This document shows, piece by piece, positions 14,201-25,979 of a stretch of DNA of 64,000 nucleotides. The translations under genes were made by a program, and so were the position numbers. How positions within the stretch are numbered: position 1 is the stretch's first letter; every line of letters starts with the position of its first letter. Source of the stretch: Phoronis australis (taxonomy: Eukaryota; Animalia; Phoronida); assembly GCA_002633005.1 (NCBI GenBank), contig NMRA01000702.1, positions 78,138-142,137 on the forward strand, given 5' to 3'. The notes under the pieces are model-generated. The model saw only the letters and a program-made list of their open reading frames with translations. It did no database searches and was not told the origin of the DNA.

Positions 14201-14496
14201 CTCTTTCTGAACGGTCGCACCTCTATCCATCAGCGCGTCGTCTGTGTGATCGAAGACGTTGTGAAGAACATCCCGGAATAGGTCACGTCCCATCTTTACG
14301 GTGGAGGTCGTCTTCGTCAATTCCCGATACATGATCAGAAGGGCTTCACATTCTTTCTTGGTGACTGTAAAACACCGTGACACAGACATTAGTTCTGAAA
14401 TGAACTGGACAACGTCGGAAATCGTCAAAGTTTCAACGTACAAAAGCGCACATAAATTCGCCGCATTTCCCCTGACAACTTTGTGTGCAAAAACAT
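5134..14496 (-). CDS. EFCAB1: Calaxin (EF-hand calcium-binding domain protein 1), 6 coding exons
   Basis: Exons 14496-14442 (tentative), 14364-14221, 13299-13195, 8390-8305, 5467-5361 and 5239-5134 join in phase: [143 protein letters not shown], matching calaxin motifs I recognise ([29 protein letters not shown]). Confidence 0.93.
5361..5467 (-). CDS. EFCAB1: Calaxin exon 5 (EF-hand [12 protein letters not shown])
   Basis: cttcag acceptor; non-canonical GCAAGT donor. Confidence 0.9.
5833..6210 (+). repeat. Interspersed repeat, copy 1 (inverted copy at 13714-14092)
   Basis: GCCACCTATACTGAAAAG..GTGGAAACATGATGAAC..ACACACGGAATTCC is shared in reverse complement with 13714-14092. Confidence 0.85.
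7984..8203. repeat. 37-bp tandem repeat x ~6
   Basis: Unit AACCAGCAGGCATAAACAGGGCAACGAGTGCGTTTGC. Confidence 0.95.
8305..8390 (-). CDS. EFCAB1: Calaxin exon 4 (EF-hand [12 protein letters not shown])
   Basis: ttccgcag acceptor, gtaagc donor; absent from the ORF track. Confidence 0.93.
8971..9027. repeat. (TTA/TTG)n microsatellite
   Basis: Seen directly. Confidence 0.8.
9449..11219. mobile_element. ~1.8-kb imperfect palindrome (foldback/MITE-like)
   Basis: Arm 9449-~10310 is the reverse complement of ~10365-11219 (e.g. TGGCGTTGTACACGCGAATTTACTCCACCACCAGAGTGCACACCAAC); a further direct copy of ~9345-9820 lies at ~11248-11710. Confidence 0.88.
11710..12342. mobile_element. Possible solo LTR
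   Basis: Ends CTCCTGACA; the left end CGCCACGA resembles a degenerate TGTCACGA; minus-strand AATAAA at ~11781; no clear TSD. Confidence 0.35.
13195..13299 (-). CDS. EFCAB1: Calaxin exon 3 (EF-hand [12 protein letters not shown])
   Basis: tttgtag acceptor, gtaagt donor. Confidence 0.93.
13714..14092 (-). repeat. Interspersed repeat, copy 2 (inverted relative to 5833-6210)
   Basis: Reverse-complement match read by eye. Confidence 0.85.
14221..14364 (-). CDS. EFCAB1: Calaxin exon 2
   Basis: ttttacag acceptor, gtgcga donor; TKKECEALL...TDDALMDR. Confidence 0.9.
14442..14496 (-). CDS. EFCAB1: Calaxin exon 1 (tentative)
   Basis: [21 protein letters not shown] with a GTACGT donor in phase 1, compatible with exon 2; weak homology. 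Confidence 0.45.
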
Positions 14497-16744
14497 TTGA
14501 TAATTAGTGCCTAGGAGGAATAATGTCGCCGCTCATTTTTTAACTCATTTTGACAATTTTGTGATCGACAACCAAACGCGCGGCCACAAAACAATGCCGG
14601 TGTCGCGTGAAATTTCTTCCCCGTGAAATTTCTTCCCACTCTGACCCTTTTGCGCATGCGCGGTATTGAGGGGAAGTTATTTCACGTCTAAGGCATGAAA
14701 TTTCTTCCCCCGTGAAATTTCTTCCCAAACGAAGACGGCAAAGCACAGCTGTAAAATAAGCCTAAAAATAGAAATTTACTACTTGTGTGATAATGTAACG
14801 ATTTTAGACAATTGCCATTGTTATGTTAGACATTGGTAAATGAATTGTAATTAGATTTACTTCAAATCAGTCGCCGGTCAATAGGCTTGCGCACATATGG
14901 CCTATACTTTGCGGGTTGTGATCATGCTTTTCTTTGTTTTATTGTACTCTGTAAACTGTATTATGAGCTAATATTACTTGTGTTAATAAAGCTGTCACCC
15001 TCTGTCTCGCTCTCTCTGTCTCTTTCTCTCTACTTGCGGGGAGGAATCCCGTTAGCTAGGTAGGATCGTGCCCCTAACTGCCGTGGAGCGCATCCGGACC
15101 GGGGAGTCCTCTGTTGAAAGGCAAATTAGGCATAAAAAGCTCTTTCAAAAAGTGACATTCTGTAGACTATATACTTATAATTGATTCATAAGATTAAAAT
15201 ATTTCTGAATTTCATTTCCTGGCCTGGGCGTCGCCCGACCATAGGCCCGTCGCGGCGGTGAAGACGCTCTTCGTCGTCACTCCGATCTGAGTGGGTTTTT
15301 TTCGCTTGTGCTGAATTTCCTTCAAGAATATGTCAGAAATACTCGAATGGGTAAAAATACTCGGTTGGGTATATTCCCAGTAAGGCATTATCATTTGTTG
15401 TGGTACGTAATAAGTTAAAATATTCGACGCCCACCTGTATGACCGAAGGCGATGATCCCCGAGAAAATATGCGTGTCCTGTGTGAAATAGCGTTCCTACA
15501 TCATCAAACGCATCTTTCAGAAAAGTCTTACAAAAATCTACACTAAAAAAAAACACAGAAATTGGTAACCTTGTTTTTTCCAGGAAATTCAGTTCATAAG
15601 ATTCGGAAAAAGGGAAATTTTCAAAATCGGTTTAGGAAAGCTCCACAAGCGAAATAATAAGCGAGAATCAGGAAAAAAATTAAAAACTCCAAGATCATTT
15701 TACAAAATCACACGCCGTTGGAAAAATGGACCATCACAGATACAATGGGTAAAAATTGTAGTAAAATATTTACACTTTCTTGCTAAGGAAACTGAATTCG
15801 CAGATTAAAAATCTTTGAATGCGTCCTAGCTGAGCGCGTGGCGCGCTCCGAAAATGAAGCTCGAGATCAATCCTTGATAAACAAGACTATTTTTAAGTCT
15901 GTTATATTCCATCAAGGAACTTGCAAATATATATGTAGTAGGAATTACTTACTTCATGCGGGAACAAGACGAACGAATATCCTGCGTGAATTGAAATAAG
16001 GTGCATATCAAACCATATAACAAACAGTTTTCAATTCGTAGGCCTATCAAAGATGTCTTGACAATTCGCAAAAACTAAAAATGTCGAAGAAAATTATTTC
16101 TTGACCAAAGAAATTGAAGGCCTTGGTATCTTTAGCAAAACTTGAGAATTTAGTACCCTATTTTTAATTAAACGTTTTTGCAAAATCGCAAAAACGTCAA
16201 ACTGAAAATAATTAAAACGTACTCGAAATGTGATTTTATTCTGGCTGGCACCAGAAAGACTGAAACTGACGCTTGTTTTTTTTCATACAACGAAGGCATA
16301 GGGTCCTACTCTTTATGTATGTACGGGTGTGTGTGTGTTAGTGTATATTTAAACACTGCACTATTACAGACCCCTAAATTAGTGATATTCCATCGATTTT
16401 GGCTTAATATTTAATGTTTCCCACTTATTTTCGGGTTACCAATCCAGTTTAAACATGTCCTTCAAGGAATTATCTCAGTGCAATGTAAAAATAACTGATT
16501 TTTCTATAGCCCAGAATTCTTTACAGGCCCATAAACGAAATGGACCTTACCTAGAAATGTTGTGTGACATAATTGAAGTTCAAGAATTATTACCCCCTCA
16601 ATTTTCTGTGTGGAGATTAAGTTGATTCGCCAAAGAATCCCAATCAAAAATTTTTATGACCTATAAGTTTATTGGTTAACAGTGAAACATGCTCAGACAA
16701 GTTTTCATTTATTGAGAAGTCAGTAAATATTTTACAAGAAAACA

Positions 16745-17500
16745 GGTGTTCTATAACTTGATAAAATATGAAAGCCAAAAACCTAGCATAAATGGAGCCA
16801 CAGCTACAAATCGTAAACATTTTTGTACAAACTTAGACCAAAATCGCTTTCAAAACTTCAATTTTTAGAGCTCACCTACGAAAGTTGGTACAGTGCATAT
16901 TCATCATGTCTAATGTAACTCTTGGAGACAAAACAAATGGTCTTTAACTTGGTTAACTGTGAGAAGCAAAAAGCTAACATGACTGAGGCCAATAATGAAA
17001 TTCGCACAAATTTTACTACATATTCAAACCAAAATCGCTTGCAAAATCTACAATTTTTGGAGCACATCTGCAAAAGTTGGTACAGTACATATTCATCATG
17101 TCTAATGAAAGTCTTGGAGACAAAAACACATGCTTTTTAACTTGGTTAACTGTTAGAAGCAAAAAGCTAACATGACTTAGGCCAATAATGAAATTCGCAC
17201 AAATTTTACTACATATCCAAACCAAAATCGCTTGAAAAATCTACAATTTTTGGAGCGCATCTGCAAAAGTTGGTACAGTACATATTCATCGTGTCTAATG
17301 AAAGCCTTGAAGACAAAAAAACATCCTTAACTTGTTAACTGTGAGAAGCAAAAAGCTAGGATAACTGAGGTCACAACTGAAGTCCCAAATATTCTAATAC
17401 GCAACCGCTTTCAAAATCTACAACTCTGAAATTGTATAAAATATTTTTCTCAATGTGTATTGAAAATTTAGGGACCATAAACAGATGTTCTCTTACTTAA
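16745..17500. repeat. ~192-bp degenerate tandem repeat (~3.5 copies) inside the Ginger element
   Basis: ACCAAAATCGCTT at 16837, 17028 and 17221. Confidence 0.85.
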
Positions 17501-18660
17501 TTATATACAAGAGCCAAAGAATTAGCTTTTTAGGTACCCATTTGAAAACATCAGAAGCGTGTGTGTCGTAACCTTGAAGACTTGTCCAAACAGCAACGCA
17601 GCTGGAAACGAAGAAAATCAGAAGTTAAACAGTACACGAAAAGAAATCAGCATAATATGTTGTTATGAATTTCTGATAATGTGACAATTTTCCACTTCTC
17701 TTTAAAGAGGCAAGTGAATGCTCGTCAACAATTGCTGACGTCTAGTAGAGCATTTCACTTGAACATGTGAGGAAATTTTCAGAAAAAATCACAAAATTCA
17801 CGATTTTGAATGATGCACGTGAAGGAAAACTCTGTGGTGACCACAGAGTTTCTAATGTCCGTTAAACTTATGATAAATGCACGCATGCGCTTCTAGTCAG
17901 TTTCTTCAAGTTGCTTGAGGTCTAGATCACAACTTCCAAGTACATCATTTAGCGATTCTAATCAGCCAATTTCACAAACTGTTTTTCTCCCACTAATTTC
18001 CCAGAATGCAGACTTTTAATGCGTTATCAAGCAATCAATTTCGTATCAGAAACTCTTAGTTTAAAATCTATCTTATTCAGGTATGCACCAGCAACTCCTA
18101 CATGCACACACAAATAAGGAAATAACATCATCAAAGCTGTCCGTAAAAGGTATAGGTTAGTTACATTCAGAATGTACTTCACTAGTCTTGTTATTTTTTA
18201 CTTCAAGTATGATCATAAGAATCATAAGACAGTGACAAATTTATGCAGGTGTGTAGTATAACTCCTAGACACACACATCAAACTGACATAAAACGTTAAC
18301 AGTATTTTGTTGGACATTAAATCGACTTGTAAGTATAGAAACATCTTTGCATTTGAATCCAAGAAGTCTGCTGCAATAAAGTACCTCCTGTGTGCAGATG
18401 ACATGGACAATGTTTCGTGGACACGACGTATGCTGCTGACTCCTCTTGCTTTGATGACGTAGAGCACAGACTGCATGATGGATGAAGCTACAGCCCATCA
18501 AAACAATTCACATGCATAAATACAAATAATAGATATTCACACATACCTTAGTGGTCATACAATTTGGTGGTGTAACTCCTTAAAACACATGTATAACAAA
18601 AACACATAATCAAAACTACGTGACTCATCGTTATCACAGTCAGATGTTCCATTTCAATTA

Positions 18661-18818
18661 CCGCAACATCGCGGGTTAACGCCTATGCCCGTGTAATCGC
18701 CCATCCCGATTTTTGGTCAATTTCAGTTTAAGTGCCCACTGCTTGGGTAATGGCCCACTCCATCTGTCTAAGGGTTTCCCAATTTAAGCGCCCAGGGTGT
18801 TAACCCGCGAGTTTACGG
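18661..18818. mobile_element. Tc1/mariner-pogo-type MITE nested in the Ginger element
   Basis: TA|CCGCAACATCGCGGGTTAAC ... GTTAACCCGCGAGTTTACGG|TA: TIRs with a TA TSD. Confidence 0.7.
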
Positions 18819-21138
18819 TACCTTCTTGTGGGAATAGTCAGCCTGTCAGTGACATTCGAACCAAGTAGTTATAGCAGGCGGAAATGCTCATTTCCAATCC
18901 ACCACTTGATTTTGGGAAAACTGACTAGGCCGTCTGACCCCTCCTCACCTCTCAGCATTTGTCACAGCTATTCTTGGATTGATTGCCGCTTCAAGATACT
19001 TCTCCATATGCTTATGATGAATAGCACCCATGGTGCCAGGCAAGAGAACAGATGAAACGTAATAAAACTGAAAAATAAATTGAACGATTGAAAACCTGAA
19101 CAACAACATTGGTCTTCAAAACTGCTCAATGCGCTCAATGCAAAGTAAAAAGGAAGCACAATAGAAGTCGAGATTTATAGTACCTGACTATTTGCAAAGT
19201 ATGCAAGAAATTTGCACACAAAATGAGAATATACAGAGCCCTTACACAAATGGCCTAACCACAAGCACAAGTATGAGCAAAATGGTCGCATTCCAATATG
19301 CAACATTTCTAGGTTCACGCTAGAGTTTTAAAGGTATTAAACCATTTTCAAAATTATTGGCCAAGTACTTTCTCTTTTCCCAACCCCAGCAATTGACAAA
19401 AACACAGTTACACTGAACGAAGTTTATATTTTTCATGTTATGCACAGGTTCTTTGCATAAATGTACTATAAGAAAAGACATCTGCCTTAGCAAAAAAAAA
19501 ACAACAAATTATCAACATTCCAAGATCATAAAGCAACCTATTAAGTTGGAGGGAATGTCAGCCAACATGGGTGTTATTACGATATAAAAAGTTTGGACAT
19601 GGCTCCCCCTATACCAGAGTTACTGCGTGTGTTCGCCGGTCACATGGTCATTGAAATGATGTTGACCTAAAAAAATTAGCAAGGCACCTTTCCTCTTGGA
19701 TAATTGAGGGCCCTGATTTTACACTTGTGACATTTAGCAAGCTGATTAGATATGACAGGTTGTGTATTTTGATTTGAAAGAAACTACCAGTTTCTAGTCT
19801 CGATTAATATTTGACCCGACAAATTGTGAGCTGAAATTGGTAAAGTTACTTAAAGAAAGGAGAGATTCATGTAATATGAAAATAGTAAATTTAAAGGTTG
19901 AGTTCATATTGCATGTTTGGGATATCTCAAATCAGGTCAGTTTTATGCCCTGGGTACTTTTCAACGGTATTAAAATACTTCAGACTCGCTCACACCACGT
20001 TGTGAATATAAAAAAATATTGAGAGACTGGATCGCGTTTGCTGCTGAAAAACAGTCTTCTGTTCATCGCACGACTTGATTCGAACTGACAGTGAGTAGCT
20101 AGTAGGTTTCTCTTCGAAATTAATTTTTATGGTTAAGCTGCAAAATCATTCGCCAAGTTGGCGAATGGACTTAGCTATACCGTCTCCAGTGCCACTCAGA
20201 ACTCGCCAATGGTGGCAAATGGCTAGCATGAGCCTAGACTGTCGATATTAGAATGACCTGATTATTCTAATGCAGGCAAATCCCGATCCAGTCTAGAGCA
20301 TCACCATAAGATATCACAACTTAATTTCAGGACACTGAACACATGAGAATGTGCCACTCATTATCATGAAGAAGTTTTCCGTACAAAACCCCAGTGCCGC
20401 AGATTATACTATACCGAATTGAAAGCATGCAGCAAGACAAGCTTTTGGCATCATGCTCTATGACTGCAGTCTCAGCCAGCGGCTAATGAGGTAGAATAGC
20501 AACAGCATACACACCAAAACTACAAGAGAAATTTTGCCAAGCAACGTTATGAACTTTTGCTAAACTCAAAGGAAGTCATTACAACTAGATGCGTACTAAA
20601 TGGCACAAAATTCATTAACTCTCAACAGTATATGAATGCTGAATAATACTGTACGATATTCTCTATGAGAACTAGTAACAACCAACTTAAGTGTTTACTT
20701 TAGTAAGAGCTTAAACACTGCAGGGCTTGCCTGTTAGTTTTTACTCAAATTGTTTGTTCTAATCCAGATAATTTAGAAAACTGGTACTAGTAACAGGTTT
20801 TTGGTGATTTTACCTTTATTTAAATCAAAAAATACATGGTCGCATTACTCAGCTAATTAATACCACACAGAAAAACAATTAGAAAATATATCATTTCTAG
20901 GGGGTCTACTAGGTTAGAGTAATCTGTAAATATTTTGGCTAAATGCAAAGACTAGTACAGTACTACAGCTACACTACAGGGTTTGACTTACGAATGACAT
21001 GATAACCTTGCTTAACAACAACAAACATACTTCAGTGTTATTATAGCAAATGTAGGCTCAACAGATTTCACTTAATTTTTTTAGACCAGGGTCAATAATA
21101 ATTCCAATAGAATAGGCCAATCACTTTAGTCGACTTAC

Positions 21139-21270
21139 CTAACCGAAACGGCGAAAGTCCTTGGCACAACTTCGTAAAGCCTTGCGCTGACTCTCCGTCA
21201 AAGTCAACGGATGGGATCCATTCTCTAAAAACTTCTTCACGTCACTCTCACTGTACTTGAGATCACGCAT
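21139..21270 (-). pseudogene. First exon of a Ginger/GIN-like integrase-transposase
   Basis: MRDLKYSESDVKKFLENGSHPLTLTESQRKALRSCAKDF resembles the GIN1/Ginger N-terminus (YLxxGxYP..RxxLRRxAKxF); followed by a GTAAGT donor with an in-frame TAG just before it; no intact DDE core found. Confidence 0.6.
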
Positions 21271-22987
21271 CTTTGCAAAAAAACGTCTGGAATATTCGTG
21301 TTCGTAGCAGATAACGACTCAACTGTCTCACAGTAGCGTAGAGAAGTATCTGGGAAGATATTTCACGCTCTCAAGACCGGATGCCAACCTGACCAATCTG
21401 CGCATGCGCAAAGTCGGTTGGGAAGAAATTTCACGGGGAAGAAATTTCACGCGACACCGGAAACTAGCTTAGGGGTGTGGTATGGGATACATGTAGGTAC
21501 TTAAAGAGAGATTATGCTCTGTGGCGTTGACATAAGAAGTTGGCACAGAAAACAGGTGTGCTTTGGGCGTAGACGCGAGAACCTCGCGAAAACGTATGAT
21601 TACGCAAGGCATCGCTATATATCGCTATTTAAGCGAAGTAAGTGACCACACTACTTTCCTTTGTGAGATTATTGCGTCTCCGGAACATAACCCAATTTGG
21701 TTATCAAATAGATATTATTAACTGAGGGTACTTGACAACCGTCACCCTATAATAGCAGTTACCAGCTGACCCAACTCAGTCAGGTACGTGAACCAATTAC
21801 TTGAAGGCTGGATATTGATTTCCTTGGCTTCATGCGCACAACCCTGCACTAACAGAATAAGTGGACTGCTTCGAACGATAGAGAAAGTAGGTGTGAGTTC
21901 ACATGCTTACATTGGACGAGTGAAATACAATCTGTGTCACTGATATTATTCAGCTCTTACTAACTGCAGGATATGTCGAAAACAACTACAATTACAGCGA
22001 TGCCGGGAAAAGGTTTTCGAATACTTACAGTGTGTTTTACGACTGAGCTTCTCGGCCAGTTCCGTCATCATCTTTCGTGCAATGGCCTTCGCCATTCTGG
22101 ACCCTGTTTAATTGGCAAACAAAAATAATATTAAAGCTGTCCGTGTCTTTATGACGTAAAACAATCGCTCCCATACGCGTTTACATAACAAGTTTAAATC
22201 ACTGCTTATGACGTGCACCCTTCTCCGTCTAGTGTCAACACTAAAGCCAAATTCGAAACTGTTGTGGACAGAGAGATTGAAATCAGTGGCAACAGGAAAA
22301 CACTATGCAATGAGCAGGGAGGGTGCAGAGCAAACGGAAATTTCAAATGGGTTTCGAGTGAGATGGCTAGCCAATTTGCACATGAGAGGCATATCTCCCA
22401 TTGCAATTGTGCCCCATCCCACCCCCACCCCCACCGTGGCTACGTCAGTAGTGTGCAATGTACGTGAACGTAAAAACATTCCCAGTGAGCGCTGAAGGTC
22501 TCGAAAGTTGCCATATGTTTAAATTCAACCTTTCAGTATCCATTAATTGGTTGTTTTTATTCAATGTGTTACAGAAAGCACTGCAAAATAATGATTTCGT
22601 TCTCGTCAGCCGTTGATTCAGCGACGGATTGTTTTATCAATTTACATCTGATCACATGACCCAATAAGATCTCGTAACAGGCCAAACCACTACAGCTTTA
22701 CAATACACAGGACTCGTTTTACTACTTCTATACGGGAAACAATTGGTTACTGTTCTAACAGACTGATAGTAAGAAACACACGGCTCAAAACAAGTTCTAA
22801 GTTTAGGGGAAGCAAGAACAAGCAACGTTAGACTTTAAAATAGGAGCGGAATTGTAGACCATCATAATTTTCTAGCTTCACTTTAAACCTGGTTAATGCT
22901 GTAAACAATCTTACTGAAACGTATCATGATGCCACCTTTTCCCTTTCCTGAAAGTTTTACTGCAGAACTCCGCGAAAAGTAAAGACA

Positions 22988-24640
22988 ATGAAACTAAAGG
23001 CCACGAAGACGTTACGACATTTGAACGAGACGCATGCGTCGCGAGCGATCAGTCAACTAGACTCACAGATGCAGAGGCAACTAATATTTACAGCAAGTGT
23101 TTTGGGATACGTTCCTGTAACTTCCTCTGTTTGTGAATTACCGTGGAACCCTGTACGGAGTAATTATAAAATCTCCTTTAAAGAAACTGAAATACAACCT
23201 GGACGTAATTGGCCTGATAATCAATCTCCGTCAGTTCTAGACGGCAAGACTCTGAACTACACTTGCATGACTGGTTATTACTATCCTAATGCATCAACTG
23301 ATAGATGGATGACATCCTTTGAAGCCTCGTATAACTGCAGCTCGCGGAAACCACCGGCCTCTTGTAAACGATATAAGTGTTACCCTTTCGCTGACGAGAA
23401 GCCGGTGAACGCTGAACCAATATTTCATGCCGCAGTTAATAGGTACTTGGACGATGAGAACTACAAAGCCGCTTTCATGGAAAACAACTTCACGGCCGAC
23501 ATGTATATACTATGGCACGGTGACGATAAGTATTTCCGCTGTTTTCCAGGATTTGCCTTCAACGACAGGGGAGACGACGTGTTCTCTGTCAAGTGCTCTC
23601 TACCAGTAGAGGGCGCTAGATTACCTTTGTCGCAGCCGTTACCAGGATGTCATAGGCGCTTGATATGCTCACTGCCTCTAAAAGAGTATCCTAACTTTCA
23701 ATTATCAGAAGATGTAAGGGCCAAACCTGTCGTATCTTTTTCCACAAGAATCACTGTAGTGTGTAAGCCAGGGTATCAAGTACTGGGAGGGAATTTCCGC
23801 TACACGTCAGAATGCACACATGCAAACAAAGAAGAAATTATCAAAGGTATCGTCAATCATTATTCTTCTGGTTTTGTTCCTGGTTTTGACAGATGTAAGA
23901 AGGTTTCATGTGCGCGACCAGTAACACAAAACTCATTCATGTCAGATGACGAGATGACATACACATACGGAGACAGTCTTCTAATGCGGTGTGCTGAAGG
24001 TTGGCAAAATTCTGATAAAAAACTATTCACAACCATTCGCTGCACCTACGGTAGTGAAACTGGGAAATGGGAACCAAAGGAGACAACTATCTGTCAGAGA
24101 GTTGTCACTGACTGTTCCGTGATGCTTTCTGGCACGTTGAACTACACGGCCACATTTGGAAGTAGAATTACGACAGGTGAACCGGGATCTCTGCTGATTG
24201 TCCCAGTGGGTGAACTCGTGACCTTTAAATGTGATGAAGGTCACATGTTTCCCAAGACGACAACGGATACGGTACAGGTACGGTGCAGTCCAGACAGCAT
24301 AGTCAAACTACCACAGCCATGTGAAGGCTCTAGAAACCGACCAAGCTCTCCAAATCAAGGAGATCTGAGTGAAAGTAGAAACATTGTCAGCAAAGTTGTA
24401 ACTGGCATTGTATTTGGAATTTGCGGTTTGATATTTATAGCCTGTTTTGCTGAATATTTTAGAAGGAAATTCTACAAGAAAAGAAAAGAAGATCAAACTT
24501 CGCAGCATACTATGATGGTTCAATCCCAAAGCAGGCCTTCATTAGCGCCCCGTTGTTCAGAGCGAGCGTCAGTCGCTTCTCGATGGACACTAGCATCGCT
24601 GCAGGAAAATGCCAAAACACTTATAGACACCAATCGCTAA
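22988..24640 (+). CDS. Sushi/CCP-repeat type-I transmembrane protein (single coding exon, 550 aa)
   Basis: About 6 CCP-like modules (C..P, Y.C..GY/F, C....W, P.C; e.g. YTCMTGY, FRCFPGF, VCKPGY, RCAEGW, FKCDEGH); TM VVTGIVFGICGLIFIACFA followed by basic RRKFYKKRK; possible signal peptide from Met28. Confidence 0.9.
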   Translation: MKLKATKTLRHLNETHASRAISQLDSQMQRQLIFTASVLGYVPVTSSVCELPWNPVRSNYKISFKETEIQPGRNWPDNQSPSVLDGKTLNYTCMTGYYYPNASTDRWMTSFEASYNCSSRKPPASCKRYKCYPFADEKPVNAEPIFHAAVNRYLDDENYKAAFMENNFTADMYILWHGDDKYFRCFPGFAFNDRGDDVFSVKCSLPVEGARLPLSQPLPGCHRRLICSLPLKEYPNFQLSEDVRAKPVVSFSTRITVVCKPGYQVLGGNFRYTSECTHANKEEIIKGIVNHYSSGFVPGFDRCKKVSCARPVTQNSFMSDDEMTYTYGDSLLMRCAEGWQNSDKKLFTTIRCTYGSETGKWEPKETTICQRVVTDCSVMLSGTLNYTATFGSRITTGEPGSLLIVPVGELVTFKCDEGHMFPKTTTDTVQVRCSPDSIVKLPQPCEGSRNRPSSPNQGDLSESRNIVSKVVTGIVFGICGLIFIACFAEYFRRKFYKKRKEDQTSQHTMMVQSQSRPSLAPRCSERASVASRWTLASLQENAKTLIDTNR

Positions 24641-25193
24641 CATTTGCCGGAATACATGCCGTTAACTGAAGAATCGTTGACATGTGCAGTGTACTGCTGA
24701 AAAGAACGAATTGTACTGTACATGTTCCATGATTTTTCTTCTTCCCTTTGGTTGCACACGATTGCAATTAAACAAAGGAGGAACTGCACCTCGCCATTTT
24801 GTTTCGAACTGTATTGTGCGTAAAAATTAAAGGAGAATGTCATCCTGAAAACAATGTATTTTGTATCAATTTAGATCGAATAGTTCCACTCGATAACAGC
24901 AAGTTCAGTTTTTTACATGACGGAGGTGCTGAAATTAACTAATGACTTCACAGGTTCTAACACAGTCTTTTCAACAGTTCACAACACGCCTACTGGTGTC
25001 AGCTTAACGCTTGACTCCATCGCTTTACATCAATAAATCATCAACATTCGATGCAAAAACCCTTACAAATACATTGAGTTTTTAAGCAAACGAGTTGTTT
25101 TATTTTGCTGTAATGGATTTGTAGAAATTTTGAGCGTACCTCGACATACTTACCGAGGTCGGTGCGTGTACAATAACAATGATTCGAATAATG

Positions 25194-25197
<4 letters not shown>

Positions 25198-25230
<33 letters not shown>
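25198..25230. repeat. (TA)n microsatellite
   Basis: Seen directly. Confidence 0.95.
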
Positions 25231-25234
<4 letters not shown>

Positions 25235-25772
25235 CACATACTGAATGAGAAACATTGCAATGAATCTACCTTTCTCGACTCGCCTCGGCTTTGTAACTAC
25301 TTTCTTTGTCAGAGGCCCGGGGTCGGAGTTCGTGACCTTTTAAGAAAAGCCGAGCTATTTTGTCAAATAATGCTTTTACTCAAAACCAATTGAAAATTTA
25401 AGCAAAATAGAAATAAAGTGTGTGTATAAATTAAGGCTTAGCAACTATTATAGCTTATTACACATTTTATCACGCTAAGCTTCGACCGGGAAAATATCGT
25501 CTGCTAACAAAGTAGGTTACCAATAGTAACTGAGTATAATGCTCAAGTCAAAGGATCCCGACGACACGATACCCGCATTCAAATTGGAGATGGGCGATTT
25601 ACAAGTGAGAGAACACGAGAGAAAATTTTCACTGAATTAAGATATCGTTTTTATGGAAATTATGCGTCTTATTTTCCATAGAGTATAAATGTCGGTACAA
25701 TACCCTTTGCTGAACATGCGATTGTTGTGCGTGCTCATTTAAGTATTCTACTTTCACGTTCGATGACGTTAG

Positions 25773-25979
25773 CCGTTGAGTGGTGTAGTGGTTAAGTCGG
25801 CGACTCGAAACTCTTTAGGCCCGGGTTCGAAACTGGCCTCAGTTTCCCGCCAAAATGTTGTCTCACAAGTGAGATAACCAAATGGGTTATTACCCTGTTG
25901 CATCTGCCATTCGACGCTAATATTGTGGTTTATACCACAATATTAGCCTCGAATGGCAGATACAACCGTGTAATAACCC
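25773..25979 (+). mobile_element. tRNA-derived SINE-like head fused to a 96-bp hairpin
   Basis: A-box TGGTGTAGTGG (25781) and B-box GGTTCGAAAC (~25824); near-perfect inverted repeat 25884-25979; inverted partial copy at 30730-30861. Confidence 0.65.

Larger units (their letters stand above)
14601..21456 (-). mobile_element. Ginger1-type DNA transposon (decayed), 6856 bp
   Basis: TIR TGTCGCGTGAAATTTCTTCCCCGTGAAATTTCTTCCCA..GCGCATGCGC at both ends; flanked by CCGG on both sides (14597-14600, 21457-21460). TGT..ACA termini with a CCGG TSD are the Ginger1 signature. GIN-like first exon at 21270-21139. Confidence 0.85.

Noticed and set aside
18820-19040. SCDKC as the integrase zinc-finger CxxC of the Ginger element
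   Set aside because: Immediately followed by a stop with no supporting flanking motifs; too weak to call.
22590-22636. Minus-strand CUGACGA..GAAA hammerhead-like core
   Set aside because: No stem III or NUH cleavage triplet can be formed.
25773-25845. Functional tRNA gene
   Set aside because: A/B boxes are present but there is no convincing cloverleaf, and it continues into a repeated element.
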